This document shows, piece after piece, positions 60,897 to 64,000 of a DNA stretch of 64,000 nt (its first letter is position 1; each line of letters opens with the position of its first letter). Location of the stretch: positions 928,001 to 992,000 of the forward strand of contig OZ251219.1 of the NCBI GenBank assembly GCA_965240465.1. The letters run 5' to 3'. This DNA is from a bacterium (GTDB lineage: Bacteria; SAR324; JACQKK01). Under the pieces are notes generated by a model, which saw only the letters and a list, made by a program, of their open reading frames with translations, ran no database searches and had not been told where the DNA came from. The position numbers and the translations under genes were made by a program.

Positions 60897-62825
60897 ATGT
60901 TTGTCTGCCAGGGTACAGCTAAGACCTTAAATGGTTTCAAGCGTATAAACGTGCATCATCATTTACAGGAAGCCCTAGGTGCTTGGCATGATCTATATGA
61001 GAAAAAGGGAGGGGACCCTATCGGAATGGAATCTGCCTTGAACAGCCAGTTGGAAAGCCAATTTGCCACTGAGGCGATGGGAAAATTAGCACTGAGTGGG
61101 CAAATGAGTTGCATGTTGCGGGTGCGTGATATTCAAAGCTTCGTGACTGAATGCTCCTTGCTGAGAGATATTAAAATTGAAGTACTGGAACATATTTTAC
61201 TGGAACAGAATCTATCAGCCCGCTGGGCTACGGTGCGTGATACCTTGGCTAGAAATGCCTCTATCTTGTGTGATATTAAACCTATGCCAGCCTTGATGAG
61301 GCTGGAAACCTGTAAACAGCAATTGTCCGACCCTTTGTCTGTTTTGGGAAAGTTGTTGGTGGCTACCGCCTTATTTAATTTTGATCAGGATAAAGAACAT
61401 CCTCCCTTAAACTGGCTGGTTCACTTCAAAAGCAAGGCTTTTCCCGAACACAAATGGCATCATCAGGTCAAGGAAATGGAAGATTGGAGACCATCCAACC
61501 CCTTGTGTCGCTGGGAGTACCTAGCCGCAGACTTGATGCACGTGTTGTTTAGAGAAGCACGCTCCCAACTGCCCGAGCATTCATCTTATCAGGGTTTTCA
61601 GACTACTAAGGACGAGCAAGGTTTTGCCGTCCTTCCCGCTAATAGCAGTCGCAAAACCTATTGTTTATTTCAGCCTTTGTCAAAGGATGAAAAGCAGTAC
61701 TGCCAGCCTTTGTCAAAGGATGAAAAGCAGGATTGCCAGCCTTTGTCAAAGGATGAAAAGCAGGATTGCCAGCTTTTAACAAAGGATGAAAAGCGGGATT
61801 GCCAGCTTTTAACAAAGGATGAAAAGCAGGATTGCCAGCTCCTGTCCAGGGATGAGGACTATTCCACCCCGCCAACTGGGAACAACCCAACAGGAGAAGT
61901 AACAACCACAGCAGAGCCTGTTGCCAAAGACGCGGCAAAACCGCAGCAAATAGAGCTCTTTCCTCTGAATGCTAGCGATTTCCTACCCCAACTTCATCGC
62001 TTTGGTCATCGTCGCTTAGGACCTCAAACACCCCGCCTCCTAGCCGTGCTTATGGAGCAACTGGCAGTTGCCGAGCCAGCCATACCGCTCACCATCTCGC
62101 TTGAGAAAATCAGTACTCGGGTAGCCAGTGCAAACGATACTCCCAAGAAACATTCCTCCCGTAGAAAAAATCTGGTGAAAATCATCAACTGGCTACAGCA
62201 AGAAGTCCTTATGCATCATGTGCTGGATAATACCGACAGCACCCAGCAATCCCTAAGCAAAGGAGGATTATTGAACGTCTTGCGTTGGGAAGGACCGCAA
62301 CACATATTTGTTCCTCAGGATACTCATGACTATAAAGGCAACTATCCCCACAACTATCCCCACAACTATCCCCACAACTATCCCCACAACCAGCAAGATG
62401 CACACCAAGTGAGAATCCTATTGGACAGCAGCTTCTTCAATCCTGATGGTAGCTGCATGGCAGCACTCTGGAGAGACTTGCCTTCGGCACTCTTTTCTCC
62501 CGATAACCAAACCCACCCCTATGCACCGGCTTTGTTCGCCTTCATGAGACAAAAATGGAATTCTCAATCCAGAAAAACATGGACTATTCACGTACAAACC
62601 CTGCTGGAACAATGCGGAATTTGGTACAGTCCCTCTGGTCGCTACCGTGCCTTGGAAACCCTCAAAAGAGACCTAAACTTCATGAAACAACAAGGCTGGT
62701 TGTATAAATGGCACATCACTGAATATCCCCAAAGACAAACCCTCCACCAAGAATGCATCCTCACTGCTTCGGTGCCTGCAATAATTTCTAAAACCTGGAA
62801 AAAATCGGCTTCTTACTATGGGTGA
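60897..62825 (+). CDS. Hypothetical protein with a putative Rep/TrfA-like tandem winged-helix C-terminal region
   Basis: 642-aa ORF; C-terminal HPYAPALFAF..WTIHVQTLLEQCG..LETLKRDLNFMKQQGWLYKWHI resembles a replication-initiator WH2; QQIELF motif. The ORF is confident, the function is tentative. Confidence 0.55.
   Translation: MFVCQGTAKTLNGFKRINVHHHLQEALGAWHDLYEKKGGDPIGMESALNSQLESQFATEAMGKLALSGQMSCMLRVRDIQSFVTECSLLRDIKIEVLEHILLEQNLSARWATVRDTLARNASILCDIKPMPALMRLETCKQQLSDPLSVLGKLLVATALFNFDQDKEHPPLNWLVHFKSKAFPEHKWHHQVKEMEDWRPSNPLCRWEYLAADLMHVLFREARSQLPEHSSYQGFQTTKDEQGFAVLPANSSRKTYCLFQPLSKDEKQYCQPLSKDEKQDCQPLSKDEKQDCQLLTKDEKRDCQLLTKDEKQDCQLLSRDEDYSTPPTGNNPTGEVTTTAEPVAKDAAKPQQIELFPLNASDFLPQLHRFGHRRLGPQTPRLLAVLMEQLAVAEPAIPLTISLEKISTRVASANDTPKKHSSRRKNLVKIINWLQQEVLMHHVLDNTDSTQQSLSKGGLLNVLRWEGPQHIFVPQDTHDYKGNYPHNYPHNYPHNYPHNQQDAHQVRILLDSSFFNPDGSCMAALWRDLPSALFSPDNQTHPYAPALFAFMRQKWNSQSRKTWTIHVQTLLEQCGIWYSPSGRYRALETLKRDLNFMKQQGWLYKWHITEYPQRQTLHQECILTASVPAIISKTWKKSASYYG
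61671..61858. repeat. 33-bp in-frame repeat x5.5 (QPLSKDEKQDC)
   Basis: CAGCCTTTGTCAAAGGATGAAAAGCAGGATTGC and variants. Confidence 0.93.
62339..62390. repeat. 12-bp in-frame repeat x4 (NYPH)
   Basis: CAACTATCCCCA x4. Confidence 0.93.
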
Positions 62826-62966
62826 GCTTGCTTACGGTAATGCTTGCTCGCAGTAATAACTGTTCGCCATAACACTTACTGATAATTATTTAACAATCAC
62901 TATTCGTCAATTTAACCCACTTTCATTCATCAACAAAAGGATAGGACAAGCACAAAAGCCGAATAC

Positions 62967-63129
62967 GAAGGCCAAGTACAAAAACAAAAACAAAGATAGG
63001 GAGTGATTCTCGTATTAGTTCCCCGCAGAAACCCGGCACATCAAGGATGAATTGTGCACTTTCCCAAGGATTTGGATGGTTTCGGCCTGTGGTCAACGAG
63101 GATCACTCCTTCTTTGTCGCTTGGTTTTC
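62967..63129 (+). ncRNA. Candidate structured ncRNA, family unassigned
   Basis: Nested stems GAAGGCCAAG/CTTGGTTTTC, AGGGAGTGATTCTCGT/ACGAGGATCACTCCTT, CCGCAG/CTGTGG, GAAACC/GGTTTC, plus two apical hairpins; the non-Watson-Crick pairs in these stems are all G-U on the + strand. Confidence 0.6.
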
Positions 63130-63236
63130 TATTATATCCCGATACAGGCTGATTGTATGGAGTAAGAGCAAAGCCACCCGAACAGATGGTCATTATTGAT
63201 GGAATGGGGTAGAGTGCCTTAGCAGGAGTTTTCTGA

Positions 63237-64000
63237 GTGTCCCCTTCCCCTTCTTATTCATATCGCCTTGGTATGGTGCAGATGGATTCGGGCAACCAGA
63301 TGGATGCCAATCTTGAACAAATGTTGGGGTGGGTGAAAGAAGCTAGTCAGCAGGGAGTTTCTTTACTGGCTTTCCCAGAGATGTGTTTATACATCGGCGA
63401 TCATGGTGATCGGGTGAAGAACGCGATCCATGTTGATGATGAAAGCGATGCCACTATGGTACGCCTGAAAGAAGCAGCTATTAAAAATAAGATCTGGTTG
63501 ATGCTGGGCAGTGTGTCTGAGTTTGCAGGTCCTGATGTTAACAAGGTTTATAATTCTTCTCTCTTGCTGGGGGCAGATGGAAAGTTGCATGCACATTATC
63601 GCAAGAGGCATTTGTTTCAGGCTTTGTTGCCTGATATATCCATGCAGGAAACTCATTTTTTCTTAGCGGGGCAGGAGCCTCCCCCAGTGGTTAAGACTCA
63701 TTTTGGGAGGCTGGGTTTTTCCATCTGCTTTGATGTCCGCTTTGGCGAGCACTACAGGTACTTGCGAGATGCTGGAGCCGAATTGGTGTTTGTGCCTTCT
63801 AATTTTACCATCCCGACGGGCAAATATCACTGGGAGGTTTTATTGCGTGCCCGGGCGATAGAAAATCAGTTATTTATTGTGGCTCCTGCCCAAGTAGGTA
63901 CTCATCGGGGTTGGGGATACTCCTCTTATGGTCATAGCATGCTGGTTGACCCTTGGGGAGAAGTACTCTGTTGCCAGCCTGAGGGGATTGGGCTGTCGGT
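63237..64000 (+). CDS. Carbon-nitrogen hydrolase (nitrilase family, Nit1/deaminated-glutathione amidase-like); 3' truncated by window and absent from the ORF track
   Basis: GTG at 63237 with AGGAG RBS; LAFPEM, YRKRHLF, SICFDVRF (E-K-C triad), HWEVLLRARAIENQ, YGHSMLVDPWG. Confidence 0.92.
   Translation, partial: MSPSPSYSYRLGMVQMDSGNQMDANLEQMLGWVKEASQQGVSLLAFPEMCLYIGDHGDRVKNAIHVDDESDATMVRLKEAAIKNKIWLMLGSVSEFAGPDVNKVYNSSLLLGADGKLHAHYRKRHLFQALLPDISMQETHFFLAGQEPPPVVKTHFGRLGFSICFDVRFGEHYRYLRDAGAELVFVPSNFTIPTGKYHWEVLLRARAIENQLFIVAPAQVGTHRGWGYSSYGHSMLVDPWGEVLCCQPEGIGLS

Noticed and set aside
63020-63095. c-di-GMP-I riboswitch or SRP RNA identity for the structured element
   Set aside because: Only superficial similarity on the minus strand; G-U pairs favour the plus strand, and I could not find the SRP domain IV motif
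63387-63656. 89-aa minus-strand ORF
   Set aside because: Antisense to the nitrilase gene that runs off the window

Overview
Chromosomal window from a Gram-negative bacterium (lpxK, TonB, mltA, lpoB); the lineage is not determinable here and a deltaproteobacterial/SAR324-like affiliation is only a guess. It carries about 55 genes. Most are housekeeping: holB, tmk, def, lpxK, folP, a dpp/opp ABC operon, an mreBCD-mrdA-maf operon, murA, mnmG, efp, hemJ, aroA, the rpsP-rimM-trmD-rplS-rnhB cluster, hisS, rpsT-rplC, era, selA, rsgA and tRNA-Phe. Two AT-rich restriction-modification insertions, an ECF + TonB/TBDR uptake locus and a CARDB-like repeat lipoprotein make up the accessory content. Four things stand out. 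(1) About 20 unrelated minisatellite arrays (units mostly 11-33 bp, plus 42- and about 58-bp higher-order units); units are multiples of 3 inside genes but often not between genes. (2) A gene-scale sawtooth GC skew that resets at intergenic regions regardless of gene orientation. (3) An orphan protein with a TrfA/Rep-like double winged-helix C-terminus and a clamp-binding-like motif, flanked by an AT-rich tract plus G-rich repeats upstream and a well-folded ~160-nt candidate ncRNA downstream. (4) An MreB with eroded nucleotide-binding motifs near a truncated RodZ. All calls come from motif recognition by eye; no database searches were run.
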